Assembly (NCBI GenBank): GCA_963727485.1
Contig: CAVSGM010000011.1
Coordinates: forward strand, 448,001-512,000
From: an uncultured delta proteobacterium
Lineage (GTDB): Bacteria > Myxococcota > Myxococcia > SLRQ01
Direction: 5' to 3'
DNA: 64,000 bases
The notes beneath the pieces were generated by a model. The model saw nothing but the letters and a program-made list of their open reading frames with translations. It did not search any database and was not told the origin of the DNA. Positions 11,901 to 22,170 of this stretch are shown here, in pieces. Position 1 is the first letter of the stretch, and the number at the start of each line of letters is the position of its first letter. A program made the position numbers and the translations under genes.

Positions 11901-14900
11901 CCAGGACCGCCACCTCGACGATCCGGACGAGGCCGAGGACGCCATCCGCCAGGTCCTGGCCTTCGACCCCGGGAGCGCCCCGGCCCTGGAGGCCCTCGCC
12001 GAGCTCTTCGTCCGGCACCAGAAGACCCGGGACCTCATCGTGGCCCTGGAGCAGAAGCTCGACGCCACCGGCGATCCCGAGGAGCAGAAGACGGTCCTCG
12101 GGCGCATCGCCCAGGTCTACGAGACCGAGCAGGACGACCTCGAGGAGGCCATCGCCACCTGGCGCCGGGTCCTGGAGCTCGACGGCGGCGACCAGGCGGC
12201 CCTCGACGAGCTGGCCCGGATCTTCAAGGGGGGCGAGCGGTGGGCCGAGCTCATCGACACCCTCCAGCGCGCCACCGGGGCCACCGCCGACGCCAGCGCC
12301 CGGGCGGGCCTCCACCGGCGCATCGGCCTGCTCCAGGAGGAGCGCCTCGAGGACGATGAGGCGGCCATCGACGCCTTCCGCGCCGCCCTCGACGCCGACC
12401 CCCGGGACGCCGACGCCCTCTCGGCCCTGGAGCGCATCTACACCCGCCTCGAGCGCTGGGACGCGCTGCTCAAGACCTACGAGGCCGAGGTCGCGGTCAC
12501 CGAGGACGTCGAGGACAAGGTCCGGCTGCTCCTCCGGGTCGCCGCCCTCCAGGAGGACCAGTTCGACAACCCCGACGCGGGCATCGACGCCTTCGAGCGG
12601 GTGCTGGGCCTCGAGGCGGAGAACCTGGTGGCCATCAAGGGCCTGGTGCGCCTCTTCCGCATCACCAGCCGGTGGGAGCGGCTCATCGAGGCCCTCGAGC
12701 GGCAGATCGGCGTGACCCACGATCTCGGCGAGGCGGTGCGCCTCCACATCGAGCTGGGGCAGGTGTGGCACGACCAGCTCACCCGGGTCGACAAGGCCGA
12801 GCAGATCTTCAACCACGCCCTGGAGATCGATCCCGAGTCGCGGCCGGCCCTCCGGGCCCTCGGCAGCCTCTACGAGGGCAGCGGCAACTGGAACCTCGCC
12901 CTGGAGATGATGGACCGCGAGGCCAAGCTCGCGGGGATGGACGACGACGCGGTGGAGCTCTGGTACCGCATGGGTCGCATCCAGGAGGACATGCTCCTCG
13001 ACGGCGCCGCCGCCCGGGCCGCCTACGAGCAGGCCCTCGACATCGAGCCCGGCTACATCCCGGCGATCCAGTCCCTGAAGAACCTCGCCGAGCTCGACAA
13101 GGACTGGGACAAGTACCTCGAGTCGCTGGTCCAGGAGGCCAAGCACACCGCCGACCTCTCGGAGAAGACGCGGCTCCTCTTCCAGATCGGCGAGTTCTAC
13201 CGGGACCAGCGCGAGGACTCCAAGAGCGCCCTGCGCTACTTCGAGGAGGCCCTCCAGAAGACCGAGGACGACGTCCCGGCGGCGGAGGCGGCCTCGGCGA
13301 TCCACCTGGCGAACGAGAACTTCGACCGGGCCGAGCAGCTCTTGGTCATCGTCTGCCACGGCCACGCCGAGGCCGGGCTCGAGGCGCAGGCCCTGTGCCA
13401 GTGGTGGTACAAGCTCGGCTACGTCCGGCAGAAGCTCAAGCGCACCGACGAGGCCCTCGACGCCTACCGGCGCGCCTACGACTGCGACTCGACCTACCTC
13501 CCGGCCCTCGAGGGGCTGGGCGCCGCCCTGGTCCAGGCGAAGCGCTGGGACGAGGCGCTTAAGATCTTCCAGACCATCCTCATCCACCACCGCGAGAGCG
13601 TCACCGACTTCGAGGTGGTCGAGTACTACTGGCAGCTCGGCGAGATCAACCGCCACCTCGAGCAGGTGGACCGGGCGATCAAGAACTTCGAGAAGGCCCT
13701 CGAGATCGACCCGGATCACGAGGCGGCCCTCACCGGGATCATCCGCCTCCACGAGGAGCGCGAGGAGTTCGACGAGGCCCTCGAGTACCGCCAGCGCCTC
13801 CTCGAGGCCCTCGAGGGGGACGCCCGCTACGAGATGCTGCTCGCCATCGGGCGCCTGGCCCGGGAGAAGCTCGAGGATCCCTACCAGGCCGTCGATGCCT
13901 ACCTCGGGGCCCACAAGCTCAAGGCCGAGGCGGTGGCGCCCCTGGAGAGCCTGCTGGTCCTCTACCGGGAGACGCGCCAGTCGGCCCGGGCGGTGGAGGT
14001 CCTGGAGAAGCTCCTCGACCGCGAGGAGATCCAGCAGGACAAGGGCCGGGCCCGGCGCTACCACTTCAACCTCGGCGAGCTGCTGCGCGACGACCTCAAG
14101 GACGTCGAGGGGGCGCTCGCCCACTTCGACGCCGCCCTCGACGTCGACTACACCTTCGCCAAGGCGTTCGTGGCCATCGAGGAGATCCTGGGGAAGGCGC
14201 GGCGGTTCTCCGACCTGGAGCAGGCCTACGTCCGCATGGTCCAGCGGATCCCCAAGACCCCCCAGACCCACGCGGCGCGCATGGGCCTGTGGAAGACCCT
14301 GGGCGAGCTCTACCGCAAGGTCCTCAAGAACCTCGACGGGGCCATCGCCGCCTACCAGGTGGTGTGCAAGGGCGACAAGGACGACACCGACGCGGTGGAG
14401 ATCCTCGCCGAGCTGCTGGCCCAGAAGCCCGGGGCCGAGAAGCAGGCCGCCGAGGCCTTCCACCAGGCCCTCAAGGTCACCAGCGAGCCCACCCGGGTCG
14501 CCCGGGCGCTGCTGCGCCTCTACTCGGCGGAGAAGAACTACGACAAGGCCTACGGGGTGGCGGCGGTCATCGTCCACCTCCTCGGCGACCCCGAGCCCGA
14601 CGAGCAGCGCCTCTACGATCGCCTCAAGCCCTACGCCAAGGACCAGGCCCAGCGCACCCTCACCGACCGGCTCTGGGAGCAGCACCTCTACCACGAGAAG
14701 CTCAGGGGCCCGGTCGCCGACATCCTCGCCATCCTCTACGAGCAGGCGGGCAGCCAGCTCGCCGCCGATCCCAAGGATCTGGGCTTGAGCCCCAGGCGCG
14801 ACCTGGTCGACCCGGCGTCGTCGATGCTCTACTTCGCCAACATGTACCGCTACGTCGGCGGGGTGCTGGGGATGGAGGGCGTGCCCCTCTACAAGCAGGC

Positions 14901-15480
14901 CCAGCAGGGCGAGGGGCTGGCGGTGGCGTTCACCTGGCCGCTCTCGCTCATCGCCAACGAGGAGATGCTCGGGCGCGCCAAGAAGCGGCAGCTGTGGTTC
15001 ACCATCGCCAAGGCGCTGGCCTTCACCCGCCCCGAGCTGGCGCTGGGGCGCACCCACTCCCTCGAGGACCTCGACCTGCTCATCCAGGCGGCGGCGTCGC
15101 TGGTGAACCCGGGCTTCCCGGTGAGCCTCGATCCCCGCGAGGTGCAGAAGGTCCAGAAGAAGCTCCAGCGGGGGCTCTCGCCCGAGGCCACCAGCGCCCT
15201 GGCCCGGGTGGTGCGGGGCTGGCGGCCCGACAAGGCGCTGGCCGATCTGCGGTCCTACGCCGAGGGGGTGGAGCACACGGCCAACCGCGCCGGGATCCTC
15301 CTCGCCGGTGACGTCGAGGTCGCCCGGGCCTGCCTCATGGAGGACCGGGGCGGGGCGGCGAAGCTGCCGCTTCGGACCAAGGTCCGGGAGCTGGTGATGT
15401 TCTGCCTCTCGGAGGCCTACTTCCAGCTTCGAGAGGAGCTGGGGATCGCCCTCCAGATCCCCGGGCAGGGTCGTTCGTAG
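2982..15480 (+). CDS. gltI: Giant TPR-repeat gliding protein GltI/AgmK (~4,160 aa); apparent +1 frameshift at ~3203
   Basis: ATG 2982 (MEDQILGYRRRLEIFP...) joins ORF 3169..15480 if GATTC at 3201-3205 is GATC (DDPDRALRH). Dozens of TPR-like helical repeats; synteny with gltH and gltJ. Confidence 0.88.
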
Positions 15481-15592
15481 TGGAGAAAAGTGCCCGGGCG
15501 CCGCGGGGTTCCACGTTGGACGCCAGCCCGGGGCCAATGGTAGCGTCTAGCCGATTCGCCCCACCACCGGGGCCTGAAGCCGAGAGCCGAAG

Positions 15593-17674
15593 ATGAAGTT
15601 CGTGTGTGACAGCTGCGGCGCCCAGTACATGATCGCCGACGACAAGGTCGGGGCGAAGGGCGTGAAGGTGCGCTGCAAGAAGTGCTCGCACGTGATCCTG
15701 GTGCAGCCGGCCCCCACCGACGCCGGCGCCGACGCCACGGTGGTCCTCTCGAACCCCCTGGCGGATCTCGGCGGCGACGACGCCGACGTCCCCACCGCCT
15801 TCGAGGGCGAGGCGGCCGAGGCGGAGATCGGCGCGGCCTTCGACACCATCTTCGGCGACGGCGGCGCGCCCGACGGAGACGAGGCCGAGGCAGCGGCCAG
15901 CCCCGAGGCCTCCGGGGCCCCGGGCGATCCCTTCTCCTCGGCGGTGGACGACGCCTTCGCCGCGGCCCTCGCCGGCTCCCCGGTCGACGACGGCCCCGAC
16001 GACCACGCGGCGACCCGGGTGTTCACCAGCCACGACATCCAGCGGGTGGCCCAGGAGCGGGAGATCGCCCAGCCCGAGGACGAGGACGAGGGCGCCTTCG
16101 AGGACGAGGCGCCGGCGCCGGCGGTGGTCGGCGAGGCCGCCGAGGGCGAGGCCGAGTGGTACGCGGCGATCCACGAGGAGCAGGTGGGGCCCCTGACCCC
16201 CGACGAGATCCAGGACCACTGGGAGAGCGGCGACCTCTCCCCCGACTCCCTGGTGTGGAAGACCGGCATGGCCGACTGGGCGCCCCTGTCCACGGTCGAC
16301 GCCCTCAAGGACCGCATCGTCCCCACCCCGGCGTCGCCCGGCTACGTCGCCCCGGAGCCCGAGCCCGAACCGGCCCCGGCCGCCGCGGCCCCGGCCGAGG
16401 ACGAGGCCCCGGAGTGGAAGCCCGCCGCCGCCTCGCTCCTGGCCTCCCTGGCCGCCGAGGAGATGGAGGCCCTGGACCAGCAGGAGCAGGAGCCGGCCCT
16501 GGCGGCGCCCACCGCCGACCCGGTGGCCCTGCCTCCGGAGCCCGAGCCGGCGCCCGCGTCCAGCGGCAGCGCCCTCGGCCTCGACCTCGACCTCCCGCCG
16601 CCCCCGGCGCCGCCCCCTGAGGCCCCGGTCCTGGCCCCGGCGGCCGCGGCGCCCCAGGCACCCGCGCCGGCCTACACCCCGGCCCCGGGCCATGCCCCCG
16701 CCTACGCCGACCCGGCGCCCCGGCCCCCGACCTACACCGGCATGGCCGCCGCCGCCGCCGCGGCCCCTGCGGGGCACGGGCTGAGCTCCGGCCGGCTCCT
16801 GGCCATCGGCGGGGGCCTGGTGGTCCTCACCGTGGCCCTGGTCTTCGGGGGGCTCGCCATGGCCGGCGTGTTCTCCCACGGCGGGCAGACGGCCAAGGCC
16901 GAGGAGAACGCCCCGGCGACCAAGACCGTCGCGGCCAACGACGCCCACGCCAAGACCCCGCCGGCACCGGCCCAGGCCGCCGGCCAGGCGAAGACCGCGG
17001 CCCCGGCCAAGGCGGCTGAGCCGGCGAAGGCGTCCGCGCCCAAGGCCGCCGCCGTCGCCGTCGCCGCCAAGACCCCGGCCAAGGCCCCCGAGGCGGCACC
17101 CGCCCCGAAGGCCGAGCCCCACCACGAGACCCGGGTGGCCAGCCACCGGTCCCGGCGCCACCGCACCCCGCGGCACACCCGGGAGCGGAAGCCTCGGCGG
17201 GTCGCCGCGGCGGCCCCCGAGCACCACGCGGCCCGTCACGCCGCCAGCTCGGGGGGCGGCGACAGCGACCTCGAGGCGGCGATCTTCGGCGACTCCGGCT
17301 CCGGCAGCGGCAGCAGCGGGGGCGGCAGCGCCCCGAAGCACACCTCCCACCGGCCCGCGGCCTACATCCCGCCGGCGCCCGGGAGCGGCCGGAACCTGCC
17401 CCGGGCCCTGGGGCAGGGCGAGATCATCCAGGTGGTGGCCCAGCACACCCCGTCGCTGCGCCGGTGCACCCAGGCCACCTCCGGCGCCCACGGCCGCCTG
17501 GTCATGTCCTGGCGCATCCGTCCCACCGGGCGCTCCTCCAGCGTGACCTGTGTGACCCGGTCGCTGCGCCACTCGACCCTCTGCTCCTGCATCACCCGGG
17601 TCATCAAGGGCATGCGCTTCCCGCCCTACGGTGGGCCCCAGATGCCGGCCATCGAGTTCCCCTTCAACTTCTAG
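15593..17674 (+). CDS. gltJ: Gliding protein GltJ/AgmX (zinc ribbon, acidic linker, GYF_2 domain, TM helix, TonB-like C-terminus)
   Basis: MKFVCDSC...VRCKKC zinc ribbon; WYAAIHEEQVGP...LVWKTGMADWAPL GYF_2 domain; TM segment; C-terminal ...IEFPFNF. Confidence 0.9.
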   Translation: MKFVCDSCGAQYMIADDKVGAKGVKVRCKKCSHVILVQPAPTDAGADATVVLSNPLADLGGDDADVPTAFEGEAAEAEIGAAFDTIFGDGGAPDGDEAEAAASPEASGAPGDPFSSAVDDAFAAALAGSPVDDGPDDHAATRVFTSHDIQRVAQEREIAQPEDEDEGAFEDEAPAPAVVGEAAEGEAEWYAAIHEEQVGPLTPDEIQDHWESGDLSPDSLVWKTGMADWAPLSTVDALKDRIVPTPASPGYVAPEPEPEPAPAAAAPAEDEAPEWKPAAASLLASLAAEEMEALDQQEQEPALAAPTADPVALPPEPEPAPASSGSALGLDLDLPPPPAPPPEAPVLAPAAAAPQAPAPAYTPAPGHAPAYADPAPRPPTYTGMAAAAAAAPAGHGLSSGRLLAIGGGLVVLTVALVFGGLAMAGVFSHGGQTAKAEENAPATKTVAANDAHAKTPPAPAQAAGQAKTAAPAKAAEPAKASAPKAAAVAVAAKTPAKAPEAAPAPKAEPHHETRVASHRSRRHRTPRHTRERKPRRVAAAAPEHHAARHAASSGGGDSDLEAAIFGDSGSGSGSSGGGSAPKHTSHRPAAYIPPAPGSGRNLPRALGQGEIIQVVAQHTPSLRRCTQATSGAHGRLVMSWRIRPTGRSSSVTCVTRSLRHSTLCSCITRVIKGMRFPPYGGPQMPAIEFPFNF

Positions 17675-17806
17675 GCGGAGCGCTCGGGCCCGGTGGGCGC
17701 GCCAGGACACCGGCGTCGCCTCCTGGGGATCCGGCGCTCCCGGGACGCGCGGTCCCCAGGCAGCGGGTGAGCCGCGGCGACCCCGCCAGACGAACGGAGC
17801 CTTCCC

Positions 17807-19939
17807 ATGCCCAAGACCCCCGACGTCGACGACGGTGCCACCCTCCCGAACGCGGAGGCCGAGCACACCACCGTGGGACCCGCCCTCGGCGCCCACGACG
17901 ACGGCCTCGACGAGATCGAGGAGATCTCCCCCGACGAGCTTGCCGGGGCCCGGGGTGGGGCACCGGCCGTCGAGGGACGGCAGGTGGCCCAGGGCGAGAA
18001 GGTGACCCTCGGCGCCCCGCCGCCCCCGGACGCGGGCCCGGAGAAGACCCGGGTGGCCTCCCTCGACGCCCTCGACGCGCCGCCGGCGCCCGACGACCAC
18101 CAGGCCACCATGATCATGGACAACCCCCTGGCGGCGAAGGGCAAGGCCGGGCGGGGCCGCCTGGTGGTGGTCGCCGGGAAGGCCGAGGGCGAGCACTTCG
18201 ACCTGGGTGACGGGACGAGGGTCCTGGGCCGGAGCCGGGACGCGGACATCTGCCTCCTCGACATCCAGGCCTCCCGGCGCCACGCCGAGGTGGTGGTCGA
18301 CGCGAGGGGGGCGCGGGTCCGGGACCTGGGCAGCGGCAACGGCACCCTCGTCAACGGGGCGCCGGTGACCGAGCTCGAGCTCGCCGACGGCGACGAGATC
18401 GCCATCGGCGACCACGTCCTGCGCTACGAGGCCCCCGGTGGGGCCGGGGGCGCCCTGGCCCGGGTCGACGCCTCGGCGTCTCCGGGCACCTCGGTGGCCG
18501 CGGCGCCCCTGGTGCCCTCGGTGGCCTCGGTGCGGCGCGCCCGGCGGAACGCCGCCAGCGCCGCCAAGCCCCGGGGCAAGGGCCTGCGCCTCGCCCTGGT
18601 CGGGGTGGGGGTGCTCCTGGTGGCGCTCCTGGGGGTGAAGCTGGCGCTCGGGCCCGCGACCCCGGCCCAGCCCGCGACGCCCGCCCCGTCCCCGGCGACC
18701 ACCGCCGAGAGCGACTTCGAGGCGGGGCTGGCCCTGTTCAAGCAGGGCGCCTACCCCGACGCCCTGGCGAAGTTCCAGTCGGCGAGCCAGGCGGACCCCC
18801 ACCTCGGCAAGGCCAAGGAGTACGTGAAGGCCACCCGGCGGGAGATGGCCGCGGCGGCGTCCATCAAGCAGGGCAAGGCCCTCCTCGCCGCCGGGAAGTA
18901 CGACGAGGCCCGAGCGGCCTTCCAGGCGGTGGACAGCGACAGCCTCCGCTACGCCGACGCCGAGGCGGGGCTGAAGCGGGTGTCCGAGGCCCAGGGCGGC
19001 GAGGCCACCGGCCAGGGGCAGCAGGGCCTCGACGCCACCCGGCACAAGCTCGACGACCTGGTGGCCAAGGTGAAGGGCATCGCCGGGGGACCCGGGAGCA
19101 ACAAGGACAAGCGCCAGGCCTTCACCGACGCCATCGCGGCCCTCGGCGCCCTCGGCGGCACCCTCGACGCCCCGTCCCAGGCCTTCGCCCACGCCCTGGC
19201 GGTCTCCCCCGACGACGCCCGGGCCAAGGCCGGCCAGGCGGCCGTCACGCAGCTCAAGCAGGACCTCGGTGACAAGCAGGCGTGGGCCCAGCACCAGTTC
19301 GACGCCTGGAAGCGGGGCAACGCGATCAAGTCCAAGGAGAACCATGTCGCCTACGTCCGGCGGATGCTGGCGCCGGGGATCCACCAGTTCGACCAGGGGG
19401 AGTTCCGCCAGGCGGCGACCACCTTCACCAAGCTCGCCGGCGGCACCACCGACCCCGACGTCAAGCGCCTCGCGGGGCGGAAGGCGGCGGCGATCAAGCG
19501 CTTCCTCCCGGCCTACTCCCGGGGGATGGCGGCGCCGGCGAACCGGCCCTCGCCCGGGGCCCTCAAGGCCCTGTCCATCGCCTACACCCAGGCGGGCGTG
19601 GTGGACGCCGGGAGCCCGGTGCTGGCGAAGGTCCAGAAGCAGCTGGGGAACCGCTACTACCTGAAGGGCCGGGTGTCCTACAACGCCAAGCGCTACGCCG
19701 ACGCCTACCAGGCCTGGGGCCGGGCCCTGCACTTCGATCCGGACCAGAACCTCGCGCACAAGGGGCTCAAGGACCTCAAGGACCTGGCGAAGAAGCTCTA
19801 CCTCCAGGCCTACGTGCAGAAGGCCCTGAACCGGAACCGGGCCATCGCCACCTGGAAGCAGGTCATCCAGATGACCCCGGCGACCGACTCCTACCACCAG
19901 AAGGCCGAGCAGCGCCTCCAGGAGCTGGGCGTGAAGTAG
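17807..19939 (+). CDS. FHA domain - TM - periplasmic TPR protein (copy 1)
   Basis: FHA motifs LGRSRDADICL...SRRHAEV...DLGSGNGTLVNG; TM LALVGVGVLLVALLGV; TPR-like helices to the C-terminus. Confidence 0.85.
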   Translation: MPKTPDVDDGATLPNAEAEHTTVGPALGAHDDGLDEIEEISPDELAGARGGAPAVEGRQVAQGEKVTLGAPPPPDAGPEKTRVASLDALDAPPAPDDHQATMIMDNPLAAKGKAGRGRLVVVAGKAEGEHFDLGDGTRVLGRSRDADICLLDIQASRRHAEVVVDARGARVRDLGSGNGTLVNGAPVTELELADGDEIAIGDHVLRYEAPGGAGGALARVDASASPGTSVAAAPLVPSVASVRRARRNAASAAKPRGKGLRLALVGVGVLLVALLGVKLALGPATPAQPATPAPSPATTAESDFEAGLALFKQGAYPDALAKFQSASQADPHLGKAKEYVKATRREMAAAASIKQGKALLAAGKYDEARAAFQAVDSDSLRYADAEAGLKRVSEAQGGEATGQGQQGLDATRHKLDDLVAKVKGIAGGPGSNKDKRQAFTDAIAALGALGGTLDAPSQAFAHALAVSPDDARAKAGQAAVTQLKQDLGDKQAWAQHQFDAWKRGNAIKSKENHVAYVRRMLAPGIHQFDQGEFRQAATTFTKLAGGTTDPDVKRLAGRKAAAIKRFLPAYSRGMAAPANRPSPGALKALSIAYTQAGVVDAGSPVLAKVQKQLGNRYYLKGRVSYNAKRYADAYQAWGRALHFDPDQNLAHKGLKDLKDLAKKLYLQAYVQKALNRNRAIATWKQVIQMTPATDSYHQKAEQRLQELGVK

Positions 19940-19965
19940 CGCGTAGGGGGCGGCCAGTTGACGGC

Positions 19966-19994
19966 TTGACACCCCAAGTACCCGCTTCTACGCT
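19966..19994 (+). promoter_or_regulatory. Putative sigma70-type promoter for the second FHA-TPR gene
   Basis: TTGACA (19966-19971), 17-nt spacer, TACGCT (19989-19994) in the intergenic gap. Confidence 0.6.
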
Positions 19995-20052
19995 CGTTCA
20001 GGGCGGTCGCCGACGCGGCCCACGGGACCCTCCAGCAAGCGGGAAGTATTGG

Positions 20053-22153
20053 ATGCCGAAGCGTTCACAGCGTGCCGACGACGGGACCGACCCGGCCATC
20101 TCCGCTCCGGAGACCACGGCGGTCGGGCCCGCCCCCACGGATGACCTCGACGACGAGATCGAGGAGATCAGTCCCGACGAGATCGGCGCCGCCCGCGGTG
20201 GGACCGACCCCGCGGGGCCGAGGGTCGTCCCCGGCCGCAAGGTGACCCTGGGCGCGCCTCCCCCGGCCGCGGGCCCGGAGAAGACCCGCGTCGCCTCCAT
20301 CGACGACATCGCCCCGCCGGAATCCCCCGGGGCCGGCGAGCCCCGAGAAGACCATGATCATGCAGAACCCGACCCTGACGCCGGATCCGGCCGATGGGCA
20401 CGAGGCCACCATGATCATGGCCAACCCCCTCGACACCGGGCGACCCAAGGAGGTGAGCCGGGGAAAGCTCATCGTGGTCGCCGGCAAGGAAGAGGGGCAG
20501 ACCTTCGACCTCACCGACGGCACCCGGGTGGTGGGCCGCAGCCGGGAGGCGGACATCTGCCTGCTCGACATCCAGGTGTCCCGCCGTCACGCCGAGGTGG
20601 TCGCCGACCGCAACGGCGTCCTGGTCCGGGACCTGGGCAGCGGCAACGGCACCCTCGTCAACGGTGAGGCGATCACCGAGACCCGCCTGGTCCACGGCGA
20701 CGAGGTGGCCATCGGGGATCACGTCCTGCGCTTCGAGGAGGACGGACCGGTGGCCCAGGCCCTGGCCCCGGTGGGGCGCCGGGGCGGCCTCCCCAGCCCG
20801 CGCACCTCCATGGGGGCGGTGGCGCCGGCGGCGGTGCCCTCGGTGGCGGCGGTGCGGCGCGCCCGGCGCGGCGGGGGCGGCGGCCTCGATCCCAGGAAGA
20901 AGCGCCTGATGATCATCGGCGGCGCGGTCGGCGGGCTGCTCCTGCTCCTCCTGGTGATCAAGCTCGCCACCGGCTCCTCCAGCGGCGACCAGGCGGCCCA
21001 GCAGTCGGCGCCCGCGGCCACCGCCGAGACCGACTTCGACGCCGGCCTCAGCCTCTTCAAGAAGGGCGCCTACGAGGACGCCCTCGCCAAGTTCGAGGCC
21101 TCGGCCCAGGCCGATCCCAACCTGGGGAAGGCCAAGGAGTACGTGAAGGCCACCAAGCGCGAGATGGCCGCCGCCGCGGCGATCCAGCGCGGGGACGGGC
21201 TCCTCGCCGACGGGAAGTTCGACGAGGCCCGGGCCGCCTACCAGGCGGTGTCCAGCGACAGCCTCCGCTACGGGGACGCCCAGGCGGCCCTCAAGCGCGT
21301 CGACTCGGCCCAGGCCCGCAAGGCGGTGGAGGCCGGCCAGCAGATCCTCGACGGCTCCGACCTCGACCAGGAGAAGCTCGCCGACGCCGCCTCGGCCTTC
21401 AACCGGGCCCTGGCCATCCTCCCCGACGACACGGACGCCAAGGCCGGCCTCCAGCAGGTGGACCAGAAGCGCCAGGATCTCCAGCACGAGGTGGCGATGA
21501 CCGCCGCCCAGCGGCGGGCCCTGGCGCGCAAGCGGCGGGCCGAGGCCCTGGCCCATCACAAGGCGGCGATCCGCCGGGCGCTGGCCGCGGGGGTGAGCCA
21601 GTTCGACCGGGGGGACTTCCACCGGGCGGTGACCACGTTCCAGAACCTGGCCAACACCGCCAGCGACCGCACCGTGCGGCGGCTGGCGTCCAAGAAGGTC
21701 CGGGCCCTCCGGCGCTTCCTGCCCGCCTACAACAAGGGGATGTCGGCGCCGTCGAACCGGCCGTCGCCGGCGGCGCTCTCGGCGCTGGCCACCGCCTTCC
21801 GCCAGGCGGCGGTCATCGACTCGAACAGCCCCATTCGCAACAAGATCCAGAAGAAGCTGGGGAACCTCTACTACCTGAAGGGGCGCGTGTCCTACAACGC
21901 GCGCCGCTACCCCGACGCCTACGACGCCTGGACCCGGGCCCTGCACTTCGATCCCGGCCAGAGCCTGGCGCGCAAGGGGCTCGGCGATCTCAAGGGCCTC
22001 GCCAAGAAGCTCTACCTCCAGGCCTACATCCAGAAGTCGGTGAACCGCTCCCAGGCGATCCGGGAGTGGAAGCAGGTCGTGGCCATGACCCCGGCCAGCG
22101 ACTCCTACCACCAGAAGGCCGAGCAGCGCCTCCAAGAGAACGGCGCCCAGTAG
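20053..22153 (+). CDS. FHA domain - TM - periplasmic TPR protein (copy 2, paralog of 17807..19939); apparent +1 frameshift at ~20321
   Basis: ATG 20053 (MPKRSQ...DEIEEISPDE...EKTRVAS) joins ORF 20354..22153 if GAATC at 20320-20324 is GATC. Long near-identical blocks shared with copy 1. Confidence 0.85.
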
Positions 22154-22170
22154 CCACCCAAGGGGGGGCC

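Noticed and set aside
2785..15537. 4,250-aa antisense ORF opposite gltI, and many other long overlapping ORFs (e.g. 15335..19972, 57477..60863)
   Set aside because: Shadow ORFs produced by extreme GC3 bias. They have no recognisable domains, while the opposite strand encodes clear proteins.
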